From an uncultured Gemmatimonadales bacterium (lineage in GTDB: Bacteria; Gemmatimonadota; Gemmatimonadetes; Gemmatimonadales; GWC2-71-9): a DNA stretch of 64,000 nt. Position 1 is the stretch's first letter. Every line of letters begins with the position of its first letter. The DNA is taken from NCBI GenBank assembly GCA_963828735.1, contig CAWHFW010000005.1, positions 2,464,001 to 2,528,000 of the forward strand. The letters run 5' to 3'. Shown here one piece after another: positions 1-10,395 of the stretch. The position numbers and the translations under genes are program-made. Below the pieces are notes generated by a model, which was not told the origin of the DNA, searched no databases, and saw only the letters and a program-made list of their open reading frames with translations.

Positions 1-47
1 GCTTACCCGCTTGAAGCTATTCACGATTGCGCCTGAGGAGGCCCCCA

Positions 48-542
48 ATGTTCACCAGAATCCAGAGTCCTGCGTTTGCGGTGCTGAGCCTGGGGCTCGT
101 ATCCATCGGACACTCGCCGAATCGTCAGATTGTGACTCCGGCCGATACGGCAAGTCAGAATAACAAGATCGAGTTGTCCTATCATGTGAAGGCGATCAAG
201 CGCGACAGCTCGGGACAGTACACCATGTCGGGTACGGTGAATGGCGAGCGGCAGGGTAAGGCGACCCTCGTGTTCGGCTTCGACGAGGGGTCGTCCGGGC
301 AAGCCGGCAAGATACTGGTTCATTCGTACTGGGTAGTCACCGCGGTGCCGGCTTCAGAATCGTTCAAAGCAAAGTTGAGTGGAACCGCCGAGGCGGTCTC
401 GGGTCAGACCCACCTGGTCGGCAAGATCACCGAAGGCGCCAACAAGGGGCATCGGGTCGAGACCAGCAGCCGGCTGCTCAACTTCGGACCTAACCATTCG
501 CTCAGTGACATCGACGGCAACATGACTATTGACGGGAAGTAA
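48..542 (+). CDS. hypothetical secreted protein
   Basis: ATG at 48 after GAGGAGG RBS; signal-peptide-like N-terminus; 164 aa. Confidence 0.7.
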   Translation: MFTRIQSPAFAVLSLGLVSIGHSPNRQIVTPADTASQNNKIELSYHVKAIKRDSSGQYTMSGTVNGERQGKATLVFGFDEGSSGQAGKILVHSYWVVTAVPASESFKAKLSGTAEAVSGQTHLVGKITEGANKGHRVETSSRLLNFGPNHSLSDIDGNMTIDGK

Positions 543-591
543 GGGGTCGCAGAATGACCCCCATATCATGGGCTTTGCCGACAGGGCTGCC

Positions 592-815
592 TCAGACAGC
601 GACAGGGGCCCCCGACGGTGCGGTGTCCCACCGGGCGCGATGTTCGTGCCCCGGCCGCCCACGTAGCCGAGCCAGATGTTGAGCATGCCGAGCGGCTCCA
701 GGTAGCGAGCGTTGGCGAGCGGGCCGCCATCCACCGGCTCGAACCCTATGCTCCCGGCCAGTCGGCGCACCGTATCCTTGGCGTCGGCTTCGTCGCCCGC
801 GTAGAAGACCTCTGA
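592..815 (-). pseudogene. C-terminal fragment of an NADPH-dependent F420 reductase-like oxidoreductase
   Basis: VFYAGDEADAKDTVRRLAGSIGFEPVDGGPLANARYLEPLGMLNIWLGY; N-terminus missing next to the junction repeat; ends approximate. Confidence 0.7.
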
Positions 816-854
816 CAAGAGATCGGCGCAAAGCCTCTCGGTTTGAGAGTGTGA

Positions 855-1090
855 CAAACTCTAACATTTGAGTGAGTAAAGTACGGCAAAGTCCAGCATG
901 AAACCCAGCAAACTCCAGCATCGGGTGACACGAACTCGCGCAAATGACTGCAAGTTGCTGGAATTCGGCTGGTTCTGCGGGTCCCTCTGGATCAGGAGAG
1001 TCCTGGTTCGAGCCCAGGAGGGGCAATGAAGCCCGGCAACGACTTAGCCGTTGTCGGGCTTCGTCTATTTACCCGCCTGCCGTAGGTTCT
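855..1090 (+). repeat. tRNA-Gln(CTG)-3'-half att-like junction J1 (no T-loop insert)
   Basis: Left arm; CTCTGGA-TCAGG-AGAGT-CCTGG-TTCGAGC-CCAGG-AGGGGCA-A at 985-1026; hairpin 1028-1062; GCCGTAG motif. Confidence 0.92.
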
Positions 1091-1099
1091 CTGCTCTGC

Positions 1100-1345
1100 C
1101 TAGCCTACAATCCGCAGCTGTCTCGGAGCGTTCATCACCCGGAGCATCGACGCCTCATCGGTCTGCTGGTAGCACGTGAGACGGGTGTTGGTGTCTCTCC
1201 AACCCCCAGTTGCTTTCACGTCAACCAGTGGGAGATCCTTCCGCTCCCGTAACCCTTCCGCCGGAACGGATGCCAAGCACCTCCCTTCAGGTGTTCCAGA
1301 CCGGCTTTCTGTTCCGCCACGAGGAGTTGTTCTCCAAAGATCTCG
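1100..1345 (-). pseudogene. tyrosine recombinase C-terminal remnant (frameshifted)
   Basis: Two frames join as GGAWHPFRRK / ERKDLPLVDVKATGGWRDTNTRLTCYQQTDEASMLRVM (HxxR...W...Y). Confidence 0.75.
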
Positions 1346-1361
1346 CGGGGCCGGAGTCGCG

Positions 1362-2123
1362 TCAGAGTGTGGGAAAGATCGTGTGGGTGTGAGGTGCTCG
1401 TACACTCGCCCTGCCACACTCGCCCTGCCACTCCACGAGGTGGCGGCCGGGTTGCATGAGAACCTCGGCTGCGGTCGGAAACGGACTCCTATGGTGTACG
1501 CCGTCCCGAGGATCGTAAGAGCCTTGGCAGCCCTTTGCCGGGAGGCATGACCCCCGTCCGATTATCCTCCAGCTGCCCGCCGCAACTCCCGGGCGGCGAC
1601 AACTAAATCCAATGTCTGCACCCGCATCGTGCGACTCAGTTTCCAGTGCCAAGGCGAGCTTGCTCAATCCGGCGTGCGCCCGCACGATCTCAATCTCAGC
1701 GGCGGCCGCCAGGTCGGTGGCGCGGGTGATGGCGTCACGCACCGCGTGGTGGAGGTCGTCGGCGGTGAATGGTTTGAGTAGCACCCGGACGGGAGTGTCC
1801 GACGACTCGATATAGGGCACCGCGTCGGGATCGGCGGACATGCAGAGAAGGGCGACGCTCGGCCGATACCGTCTCAGCGTTTCGGAGACCTGACGCCCAT
1901 CAATTCGCGGCATCGAGAGGTCGGTCAGGACCAGATTGAACGGCTCGGTGCGCGCTTGAATGAGTCGCAGTGCGGACTCACCGTCCGGAGCCTCCTCGAC
2001 GTGAAAGCCTTCGGCTTCGAGCATGCGGCGGAGGATCCCGCGCACCGACAGGTCATCATCGACCACTAGCACGGTGGCTCCATACCAGATCGGACCGTGG
2101 GCCGTGGTAGGAACTTCGGCCAT
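1362..2123 (-). CDS. response regulator receiver protein
   Basis: VLVVDDD, VLTDLSMP and LLKPF motifs; probable frameshift near 1640, true stop likely near 1562. Confidence 0.85.
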   Translation of the reverse strand: MAEVPTTAHGPIWYGATVLVVDDDLSVRGILRRMLEAEGFHVEEAPDGESALRLIQARTEPFNLVLTDLSMPRIDGRQVSETLRRYRPSVALLCMSADPDAVPYIESSDTPVRVLLKPFTADDLHHAVRDAITRATDLAAAAEIEIVRAHAGLSKLALALETESHDAGADIGFSCRRPGVAAGSWRIIGRGSCLPAKGCQGSYDPRDGVHHRSPFPTAAEVLMQPGRHLVEWQGECGRASVRAPHTHTIFPTL

Positions 2124-2232
2124 GTGGCATCTGCCGGGAGTGGGTTACCGGCGCGTGACTGGGCTACCTGATGCTAACGCCGTTCGAAGTGTTTGTCACG
2201 AAACCGAGCCGACCACGACGAGCCCAACCTGA

Positions 2233-2451
2233 TCATCCAGCGTGCCGGCTAGCGCCAGTGCTTCTTCCTTGTCTCCAGCCGTGAACACGACGTAGCCGGA
2301 CTTCGCAAGCATCCTGGCCGTTTACGGCCGCCCCAGCCTCTTCCTGGGCGTTGAAAGGAAGGCCGTCTGCCTCGTCGTGTATCCGGTGGTGCACTTTCGA
2401 CTCTATGACCTGGTCGATCGTCATTTTCTCCCGTTCACGGGTAGGCAGCAT
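2233..2451 (-). CDS. small hypothetical protein
   Basis: 72-aa ATG ORF filling an intergenic gap; no recognised motif. Confidence 0.3.
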   Translation of the reverse strand: MLPTREREKMTIDQVIESKVHHRIHDEADGLPFNAQEEAGAAVNGQDACEVRLRRVHGWRQGRSTGASRHAG

Positions 2452-2579
2452 GTTCGAGGTGCGTCTGCGCGAGCCCGGCGACTACCCTTCGTCAGCCATA
2501 CTTTCGCAGATGCCACCAAGGAGGCGGTCGGGGTGCTTCGCGTCCTCCCCCCGTGTCGCGGGACGGTGAGGGCCGATCG

Positions 2580-2924
2580 ATGAAGGTCTACGATCCTGCG
2601 ATCGTCGCACGAGAGGCGTTTGCCGCGCACCCAGCGCGACCGGCCATGGCCGTCGTGCACGACGCACCGGACGCCCGGCTCGTCGTCTTCCGCCTCGCCG
2701 CGGGTCAAGCCGTCCCGGTACATACCTCCGTGTCCTCGGTGGTGCTCCACGTCCTCTCGGGGTCGGGGCTGGTGAGCAGCGCCGATGGCGAGCGTGATGT
2801 GCGCGCCGGCATGGTCGTTGCCTACGAGCCCCAGGAACCTCACGGGATGCGAGCGCTGGCCGAGTTGATCGTGCTCGCCGTCATCGCCCCTCGGCCGGCA
2901 AGCCGCCGAGGCCCTTTGGAGTAG
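2580..2924 (+). CDS. cupin domain protein (copy 1)
   Basis: VPVHTS...LHVLSGSG...EPHGMRA; near-identical to 10396-10743. Confidence 0.85.
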   Translation: MKVYDPAIVAREAFAAHPARPAMAVVHDAPDARLVVFRLAAGQAVPVHTSVSSVVLHVLSGSGLVSSADGERDVRAGMVVAYEPQEPHGMRALAELIVLAVIAPRPASRRGPLE

Positions 2925-2960
2925 CGCAGCTGGAATTTCCCAAGCGCTGGCCGTCTAGGC

Positions 2961-3045
2961 AGCCCAGGAGGGGCAATCAAGCCCGGCAACGACTTCGGTC
3001 GTGCCGGGCTTCCGCCAATCTGGTGTGTGAGTCAGTGAGTGAGTT
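2961..3045 (+). repeat. partial junction (tRNA 3' end, terminator, GTGAGT motifs)
   Basis: AGCCCAGGAGGGGCAA, hairpin AAGCCCGGCA..TGCCGGGCTT, GTGTGAGTCAGTGAGTGAGT. Confidence 0.85.
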
Positions 3046-3282
3046 GCTTCGCAGATTCCCGCGCGGCGCAGCGCGATCTCGACTGGGCTCGCTACAGAAA
3101 TACGGGGGCGCGGCGAGCAGGTCCAGCAGCTCGAGGGCCGGAGGATCTGCGCAGCAACGGTACGGCGGAGCTTGGCGCTCGTTACCTTTCCTCGGGAGGT
3201 GCTGTACGTCTATAGGTGTCACTGTTCTTGCAGCCACGGCGTGTGTGATGCGCAACGAGCAGGCCGCGGAAAGGAGCTCATC

Positions 3283-3636
3283 ATGACTGGGCCGACGCCT
3301 CACCTGTCGAAGGAACTCCCGCCCGGGACCCAGGACTACTTAGCGCATAGGCTGGACGGTGCGCGCGATCTCTACCTGCTGGCGCTGGCTTTGGGCGACC
3401 GCCCGGAGGGGTCCGCTCTCGTCGGGCGAATGATCCGTGAGGCCCGCATCCACTTCGCGGCAGTGATCGAGGAAGCGCGGATCGCCGGGCTCGCCACGGG
3501 CGCTATCGCCGTGATGCTCGGCAAGCGGAACATCGAGTTGGCCGACAGCATCCGGCCCGAGCTGTGGGCGGGCGTCGAACAGCTCCTCGCCGAACGAGCC
3601 GCCCGCAAAGTACCGGCGCGGCGCGGTCGGCCCTGA
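3283..3636 (+). CDS. hypothetical protein
   Basis: ATG after AAGGAG RBS; 117 aa; closely followed by next gene. Confidence 0.65.
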   Translation: MTGPTPHLSKELPPGTQDYLAHRLDGARDLYLLALALGDRPEGSALVGRMIREARIHFAAVIEEARIAGLATGAIAVMLGKRNIELADSIRPELWAGVEQLLAERAARKVPARRGRP

Positions 3637-3649
3637 CCGCGGAGGGTGC

Positions 3650-4105
3650 ATGGAGGATGAGCTGCAGCAGTTGGTCGAGAAGGACCGCATCATCGACACC
3701 ATCAACCAGCTGTTCATCAGCACGGACACCCGTGACTGGCCGACGGTGCGGGCCTGCTTCGCCGACACGGTCGACTTCGACATGACATCGCTCCCGGGGG
3801 GCAAAGCGAGCCAGTTGACGCCGGACCAGATCGCCGCCGCATGGGAGGAAGGCCTTCGGTCACTCCAGGCCATCCACCACCAAGTCGGCAATTACCGAGT
3901 CAACCTCGAGGGCGAGCAGGCGACGGCCTTCTGCTATGGCACCGCCTCCCACTACCGGCCGACGCGGTCCGGACGGAACATCCGCGTGTTCGTGGGCAGC
4001 TACGATCTCCATCTACGGAGCGTCGAGGGTCGCTGGCAGATTGATGGTCTCCGCTTCACCCTCAAGTACATGGATGGCAACGCAGAGCTCGAGAAGGGCG
4101 AGTGA
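3650..4105 (+). CDS. SnoaL-like / NTF2 family protein
   Basis: DTRDWPTVRACFAD...HHQVGN...GRWQI pattern. Confidence 0.85.
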   Translation: MEDELQQLVEKDRIIDTINQLFISTDTRDWPTVRACFADTVDFDMTSLPGGKASQLTPDQIAAAWEEGLRSLQAIHHQVGNYRVNLEGEQATAFCYGTASHYRPTRSGRNIRVFVGSYDLHLRSVEGRWQIDGLRFTLKYMDGNAELEKGE

Positions 4106-4228
4106 TCCGTCGCTGGACTGCACATCGATCGCCTTCACCCGTTCACGTCGAGCGACGCTTCATCGACCCCGCACTGCTTCCCTACGCGCAAGTCGGCCTT
4201 CGGATTGGAAGTCGCGGAAAGAAGGCAG

Positions 4229-4492
4229 CAAACCGTGACATCTGAGTGAGTGAAACACAGCAACGTGCGGCACGAAATCCATCAAACGCCAGCATCGGGT
4301 GACACGAACTCGCGTGAATGCGTGCAAGTTGCTGGAATTCGGCTGCTCACCATGGCCCCTCTGGATCAGAAGAGCCCTGGTTCACCTTCGGTGGCCTTCG
4401 GCTCGAGCCCAGGAGGGGAATCAAGCCCGGCAACGACTTCGGTCGTGCGGGGCTTTCGCCTATCTGGGGGTGTGTGAGTTAGTGAGCGAGTT
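4229..4492 (+). repeat. att-like junction with 21-nt T-loop insert
   Basis: Left arm, core at 4359, insert 4383-4403, terminator, GTGTGAGTTAGTGAGCGAGT. Confidence 0.9.
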
Positions 4493-4513
4493 GCTTCGTG
4501 GATTCCCACGCGC

Positions 4514-4700
4514 TCACTTGTGACTCGGACTCGCCGGGTCAGTGCGAGCGGTCGGGGATCGCTCGAACTCGACCACCGACCGCAGGGTGTCGTCGTCGCA
4601 CTGCCGATAGCACTGCTGCAATGTCCCGATGTCGAGCCAGCCGCCCCCCGCCGCCACACCCAAGGAGATGGGGGGTGCTCCATGACGCGCCAGCCGGCGT
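4514..4700 (-). pseudogene. degenerate tyrosine recombinase C-terminal remnant
   Basis: VAAGGGWLDIGTLQQCYRQCDDDTLRSVVEFER aligns by eye with the other integrase tails. Confidence 0.65.
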
Positions 4701-4701
4701 A

Positions 4702-6075
4702 TCACTTCTCGCGCGGCTCCGAGAGCCTTCGCTCGTACCAGGAGAGAAGTGGCCGTGCGCTGATGCCGTGCAGCAGGATGCTGGCCGCAACGACGGAGAT
4801 CGTCACCCCCGCCAGCTCTGTCGCGGCCGGACCCGAGACGCCGTGGCTCAGGGCGTAGCTCAGGTAGTAGAGGCTCCCGATTCCGCGAATGCCGAACCAC
4901 CCCATGAGCCAGCGCTGCGAGTTCGTGGTCGGCGTGCCCACGAGCATCAGCCGGGTCGCGCCCGGGCGGATCACCAGCATGAGCAGGAGCGCGAGGGGAA
5001 CGGCCCGCAGGTCCCAGTGAGTCGTGAGGCACACCCCCACCAGAACCACCAGCAGCAGTTCAACCAGTCGCTCGACCGTATCACCGAACGAGATCGTCTC
5101 CGCCACCAGCACGCCCGCGGCGACTGCCGGCTCTCGCAGCTCCTCCGCCCCGACGCTCGCGCCGACCAGGTCCTCCGCCGGCGGATGTGACGAGGCCTCG
5201 GTCGCGGGATCCCTTACTGGCGGTGCCGGGCTCCGTACCTGCTCGGGATGCGGCGTCTCCCGCGTCACGTGCAGCTCGGCGTGGCGCAGGCCGACGCCGG
5301 CGGCGAAGGTCGCCAGGAATCCCCACGCGCCGATGGTTTCGGCGCCGACATAGGAGAGCGCGATGAGGGCGAGCGCCAGGAAGTCGCTCGGCGCATGGGT
5401 GTCCTGCTGCAGGCTGCGGAGCCAGATGGCTACTCGCCCCACCGCGCGGCCGAGCCCGAAGCCCAGGAGCAGACCGACGGGCACCGCCCACACTACCCGC
5501 GCCAGCACCCATTCGCCGATCCAGCCCCCTGGGCCGCCGTGCTCCGCCCAGATCAGGGCGAGGACGACGAAGGGAAACGCCGCGCCGTCGTTCAACCCGG
5601 CTTCGCCCGATAGCCCGTAGCGCACCCGGTCGTGGTCGGTGGCGCTATCCACCTTTACCATGCTGGCCAGCACCGGGTCGGTCGGGGCGAGCACCGCGCC
5701 CGCCAGCAGGGCCATCGCCGGATCCAGCCCGAGCAGCAGGTGGGCACACAACGCCACGCCGAGGATGCTCGCCACCATCACGGGCCCGGCGAGGCGATAC
5801 GCCGCGACCCAGGCGGGGTGCCGCAACGGCAGCCGCAGTTTAAGCCCGCCCACGAAGAGCGCGACGATCACCGCGATCGCAGTGAGCCGTTCGAACCACG
5901 GCCCCGCCTCGCGCAGGTCGATGCGTAGCCACCCGAAGCCAAGCGGACCGATGGCCACGCCCAGCGCCAGATAGATAGCCGACGTCGAGATCGGGAGGTT
6001 CCGCAGATAGGCGGAGGAGAGTGCCATCAGCAGCAGCACGAGGCCGCCGAGCGCCATCCAGCCGAGAAAGCTCAT
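4702..6075 (-). CDS. cation:proton antiporter (CPA1/NhaP family)
   Basis: LAPTDPVLA, GEAGLNDG and GWFGIRGIGSLYY motifs; multiple TM segments. Confidence 0.92.
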   Translation of the reverse strand: MSFLGWMALGGLVLLLMALSSAYLRNLPISTSAIYLALGVAIGPLGFGWLRIDLREAGPWFERLTAIAVIVALFVGGLKLRLPLRHPAWVAAYRLAGPVMVASILGVALCAHLLLGLDPAMALLAGAVLAPTDPVLASMVKVDSATDHDRVRYGLSGEAGLNDGAAFPFVVLALIWAEHGGPGGWIGEWVLARVVWAVPVGLLLGFGLGRAVGRVAIWLRSLQQDTHAPSDFLALALIALSYVGAETIGAWGFLATFAAGVGLRHAELHVTRETPHPEQVRSPAPPVRDPATEASSHPPAEDLVGASVGAEELREPAVAAGVLVAETISFGDTVERLVELLLVVLVGVCLTTHWDLRAVPLALLLMLVIRPGATRLMLVGTPTTNSQRWLMGWFGIRGIGSLYYLSYALSHGVSGPAATELAGVTISVVAASILLHGISARPLLSWYERRLSEPREK

Positions 6076-6155
6076 TGTGCTCAACGCCCCGTTGGTTCCA
6101 TCGCGTGCGGGCTAGTCGGAGGCGACGGCGCTGCGGTGGAGCCGGCGTTGTTCGG

Positions 6156-7262
6156 CTACTCCTCCCGCACGCCGATGTCGGAGCGAACTGGCCTGGACCC
6201 GGGTCTCGACGCCGAGACCATGCCCCAGACCGCGATGAACATCGCGGCGATCACCGGCCCGAGGACGAAGCCGTTGATGCCGAAGATTGCTATGCCGCCC
6301 AGGGTGGAGATCAGCACGACGTAGTCGGGCATCCTGGTGTCCTTGCCGACCAGGATCGGGCGCAACACGTTGTCCACCAAGCCGATAACGAGCACGCCGT
6401 ACGCAGTCAGCACGATGCCCTGCCAGATCGCACCGGTCGCCAGGAAGTAGAGCGCGACCGGCAGCCAGACCAGCGCAGTGCCCACCGCAGGCAGCAGGGA
6501 CAGCAGGGCCATCAATGCGGCCCAGAGCGCCGGCGCGTGGATCCTCAGTAGCCAAAAGATCAGACCCCCGAGCGCGCCTTGCACGACGGCGACGACGAGG
6601 GTGCCTTTGACCGTGGCACGGATGACGCCGGTGAACCGGCTGACGAGCGTCCGCATTTGCTCCGGGTGCAACGGAATCGCCGCCCTGATACGCTCGACCA
6701 GTGCGTCGCCGTCGCGCAGCAGAAAGAACAGCAGGTAGAGCATGACGAACAGGCTGAGAACGAAGTTGAGCGTGTTCTGGCCGAGGTTCAACGCCTGTCC
6801 CGCAAGGAACTGGCTGCTCGTCCTCAGTGCAGCCGACAGCCTCTCCTGCACCAGGCCCAGGTTCGTTAACCCGAATCGGTCCAGCAGGCTCGTGACCCAT
6901 CCGGGCAACGCGTTGAAGGCCTGCTGAAGATACCGGCCGATGTCAAACTCTCCCGACTGGATCCTTTCGTACACGCCGGCCCCTTCCTGCACCAGCAAGG
7001 CCGTGATCAGCGTCAGCGGCAGAATCACCAGCACCAGGATCATCACGAGCGTGGCGAACGCCGCAAGCGTGCGCCGCTGCCGCATGGACCGCAGCTGCCG
7101 CCGGTAGAGCGGTGCGAAGACGATCGCGAGGATCACCCCCCACAGCACCGCCCCGAAGAACGGCCAGACGATCCAGGCGAAGGCGAGCGTTACCGCGACG
7201 AGCAGAACCAGGAACGTCTTGTCTTCGAGGGCGGGAGATTCCGCTTGGCGTGGCGGCGTCAC
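6156..7262 (-). CDS. AI-2E family transporter
   Basis: DNVLRPILVG...STLGG..FGINGFVLGP motif; GTG start inferred. Confidence 0.92.
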   Translation of the reverse strand: MTPPRQAESPALEDKTFLVLLVAVTLAFAWIVWPFFGAVLWGVILAIVFAPLYRRQLRSMRQRRTLAAFATLVMILVLVILPLTLITALLVQEGAGVYERIQSGEFDIGRYLQQAFNALPGWVTSLLDRFGLTNLGLVQERLSAALRTSSQFLAGQALNLGQNTLNFVLSLFVMLYLLFFLLRDGDALVERIRAAIPLHPEQMRTLVSRFTGVIRATVKGTLVVAVVQGALGGLIFWLLRIHAPALWAALMALLSLLPAVGTALVWLPVALYFLATGAIWQGIVLTAYGVLVIGLVDNVLRPILVGKDTRMPDYVVLISTLGGIAIFGINGFVLGPVIAAMFIAVWGMVSASRPGSRPVRSDIGVREE

Positions 7263-8075
7263 GGCGTCCGCTCGCACGGCGCCATCAGGTCCACCGTTGT
7301 CGCAGCACGAACGATGTTGCGCAGCATTCCGGCAATCACCATCGATGAATCCCCCACAGCCCATACCAATAGAACAGCCCCCGGACCGCGACGGGATCGA
7401 AGATCGCGGTCTGCCGTATGAGACTGCCGCCGGCCGCCCACGTCACCTCGAGCTGAAGCCATGCCCGCCCCGGCACCCGCATTTCCGCCGCGAGTCTGAG
7501 TAGCCGCCCGGGCTCCACCGCTTCCACCCGCCAGAAGTCCAAGGCGTCCCCCGGCATCACAGACGCCGGATCCCGCCGGCCCCGCCGCATCCCCGGTCCA
7601 CCCACCACGATGTCGAGAAGCCCACGCAGCCGCCAGAGAGTATTCCCATAGTACCAGCCCGCATCCCCCCCCCGATGCGCGAAATGGGCTGGAATGCCTT
7701 CCTACACCACTGTCGCGTTGCGCACCCGGTCTATCAGCTCTCGTCCCACCTGCGCGTGGACCGGCGAGACCAGCGCTGGCCAGAGGCTCGAGAGCCGCGG
7801 CGCGAGCAGGGGCACGGGAATCATTAGTCGTCTCAACCCTCGGAGCCGCGCGTACTCCCGCATGAGATCGCCGTAGGAAACCCGGTCGGGTTCCCCGATC
7901 TCGTAGACCACGCTCTCTAAGGCTGGGAGATCGAGGGCCTCCACCAAATACGCGGCGAGATCCTCGACGCCGATCGGCTGAGTCGGTGTGTACCACCCGG
8001 CTTGGGGTCACCATCGCCGGGAGCTTCACCACCAGTGAGCGGCCCAGCTCGAACGAAAGGCTGCCGGAGGGTGGG
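7259..8075 (-). pseudogene. YbjT-like NAD(P)-binding / DUF2867 protein, fragmented
   Basis: Fragments in several frames: TQPIGVEDLAAYL, YEIGEPDRVSYGDLM, GDALDFWRVEAVEPGRLLRLAAEMRVPGRAWL. Confidence 0.75.
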
Positions 8076-8297
8076 CGAGAGGCCTCAGACCCGAATGGGT
8101 AGGTATTTGACCCGGCATCGTGCGATCTGCGAATAGCATGGCACACCAGAACTGTGCTCAAGCTGCACGGCGCCCGATGAAGCGAGGATGAACCTGGGGT
8201 GAAACCCCGATGACGGAAGGCATCTTCATGCTTACTTCAGCCGGTACTACACTTCCCTCGAATAGCTTCTCTTTGACTCCCAACGTGAGTGCACGGC

Positions 8298-8714
8298 ATG
8301 CTTCAGCACACTACCCGGTATGGCATCAGTACCACCGTCTCCTTGCCCTATGCCCAGGCCGTGGAACGGACTCGCGACGCGCTGGCGAATGAAGGGTTCG
8401 GTGTTCTCACCGAGATTGATGTGGCGGCGACGCTGCGGAAGAAGCTGGAGGTTGAGTTCCGGCCCTACATCATTCTGGGCGCCTGTAACCCGCCTCTGGC
8501 CCACCGGGCGCTCGAGGCCGAGCTGGAGATCGGGCTGCTGCTGCCCTGCAATGTTATCGTCTACGCGGCCGATGATCCGGAACACACGGTGGTGGCAGCG
8601 CTCGATCCGGTCGAGGCCCTGAGCCTGAGCGGGAACGATGCCATTCAGCCGATAGCGGAAGACGTCCGGCGACGGCTCCAACGTGTCTTAACGACTGTCG
8701 AAGGGATGAGCTAG
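8298..8714 (+). CDS. DUF302 domain protein
   Basis: EGFGVLTEID...ILGACNP...IGLLLPCNV signature. Confidence 0.92.
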   Translation: MLQHTTRYGISTTVSLPYAQAVERTRDALANEGFGVLTEIDVAATLRKKLEVEFRPYIILGACNPPLAHRALEAELEIGLLLPCNVIVYAADDPEHTVVAALDPVEALSLSGNDAIQPIAEDVRRRLQRVLTTVEGMS

Positions 8715-8852
8715 GAGCTGCTCTGGAGCGGGGCCAGCTGACGCCCGGAGATGACGGTGACGGTATTCGAGCATGTTCTCATCGCCGCGGAACGAAAGCG
8801 GCGCGGACGTGGTCGTGGAGGTCTTTGCCTGTACTGCTGGAGCAGCGGTTCG

Positions 8853-9099
8853 GCAAACTCCGACATTTGAGTGAGTAAAGTACGGCAAAGTCGAGCATGA
8901 AACCCAGCAAACTCCAGCATCGGGTGCCACGAACTCGCGTAAAGGGTAGCAAGTTGCTGGACTTCGGCTGGTTACCACGGCCCCTCTGGATCAGGAGAGT
9001 CCTGGTTCGAGCCCAGGAGGGGCAATCAAGCCCGGCAACGAGTTAGCTGTTGTCGGGCTTTGTCTATCTGCCCGCCTGCCGTAGTTTCGCCGTAGTTTC
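8853..9099 (+). repeat. att-like junction (no insert) with tandem GCCGTAGTTTC motifs
   Basis: Left arm, tRNA half 8984-9025, terminator, GCCGTAGTTTCGCCGTAGTTTC. Confidence 0.92.
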
Positions 9100-9411
9100 T
9101 CAGGTATGTCCTGCATCTAGACCGCGACGTTTCTCGGGTGCCTCCATCACCCTGAGCATGGAGACCTCATCTGTGTGCTGGTAGCAGGTAAGCAGCGTAT
9201 TGGTGTCTCGCCAGCCTCCTGCTGCCTTCACATCAACGATAGGGCGGTCCTTTCGTTCGGTTGCCCACTTGCGCCGATAGGGGTGCCAGACACCGCCTTT
9301 CAGGCGTTCCAGCCCGGATTTCTCTTCGGCAAGGCGAAGCTGCTGGCCAAGAATCTCCCGGGACCACGGTTCTGATCCATCGCCCGACGGGAATAGCCAC
9401 GTCTCGCCTAT
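9100..9411 (-). pseudogene. tyrosine recombinase C-terminal remnant (104 open codons, no start)
   Basis: Manual translation WLFPSGDGSEPWSREILGQQLRLAEEKSGLERLKGGVWHPYRRKWATERKDRPIVDVKAAGGWRDTNTLLTCYQHTDEVSMLRVM. Confidence 0.85.
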
Positions 9412-9658
9412 GCCTCGAGTTGGACCACACGAACCCTGTACTCGTCTCCCCAGTAACTGGGGTCGCCCTTGAGCGCCGCCCTCGCTTTACGCCGGATGGC
9501 CGCAAGAATTGCACGATCCGTTTCAACCCCGTCAAAGTCAGCGTAGGCGCGCTCAATCAGATTATCAAGACTGACGGCGTGCACCCAGTTACCAGTGTCA
9601 CAAAGGCTGCACGCCTGGACATTCGCGGGCAGCTGGGTCCTTCGGCCCGAAGTCCACG

Positions 9659-10192
9659 TCAGGCGGCCGGACCCTTCAGGCCGTAGGTCAGCACGCCGGA
9701 GACGAGGCGCGCAGGTGCCCTCAGCCGATGCGCCTGAGCGGTGTTGACATCCATGATATGGATAACGTGCACCCCAAGGGACACCAGCACATCGGCGATC
9801 ATTCGCCGATGGCAGCGCCACCAGAGAATCTCCGCGCACATGACCGCGGTTCGGAGCCCCCCTGACAGGGTCAGGAGCTCGAAGAGACCGGCGGCAAACT
9901 CTTCGCCGGTCATATGGTCGGCGTAACCCCGAAATGCGGGGTTCCGCCAAGCCGTGCTCGGAGTGTTCGGGTCTGGTTGGCGACGGCCTCCCAGGTCAGA
10001 AAGCGCAATGTAGGCGATTCCGGAGGCATGGAGCGCGGACTTCAGTGCCGGCTGCCGATACTGCGGTTGGCTGCGAGAGCCGGGAAAGCGCCGGACATCG
10101 GCGACTACCTCAATCCGATACGCCGCTAAGACGGCGAGGAAGTCCGGGAGGGGGCGCGTAGAATGCCCTACCGTCCACACAGTCAGGGTCAT
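9659..10192 (-). CDS. DUF488 domain protein
   Basis: TVGHST, DVRRFPGS, LGGRR and MCAE..WWRCHR motifs. Confidence 0.92.
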   Translation of the reverse strand: MTLTVWTVGHSTRPLPDFLAVLAAYRIEVVADVRRFPGSRSQPQYRQPALKSALHASGIAYIALSDLGGRRQPDPNTPSTAWRNPAFRGYADHMTGEEFAAGLFELLTLSGGLRTAVMCAEILWWRCHRRMIADVLVSLGVHVIHIMDVNTAQAHRLRAPARLVSGVLTYGLKGPAA

Positions 10193-10395
10193 GTGTTAAT
10201 GTATGGGATCGCTGCCACCAGCTGGCTAATTAGGGGGGCACCTTCAGACGACGCGGAGAAGCCGGTGCGGCTCAGTCAGTCGCGCGCGCTCCCTGAACGG
10301 AGACCCTCTGCGACATCACATAGCGCGCCCTACGGTGGGATAACGACTTTGGCCGCCGCCTCTGCAATCCACGGGGGAATGGCGAGGACCGATCG

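Noticed and set aside
985..1026. Functional tRNA-Gln genes at the junctions
   Set aside because: The 5' half (acceptor 5' strand, D-arm, 5' anticodon strand) is missing; the 28881 copy lacks a D-arm and has an altered T-loop.
855..1090. IS/MITE interpretation of the junction repeat
   Set aside because: No terminal inverted repeats, target-site duplications or transposase seen, and all copies share one orientation.
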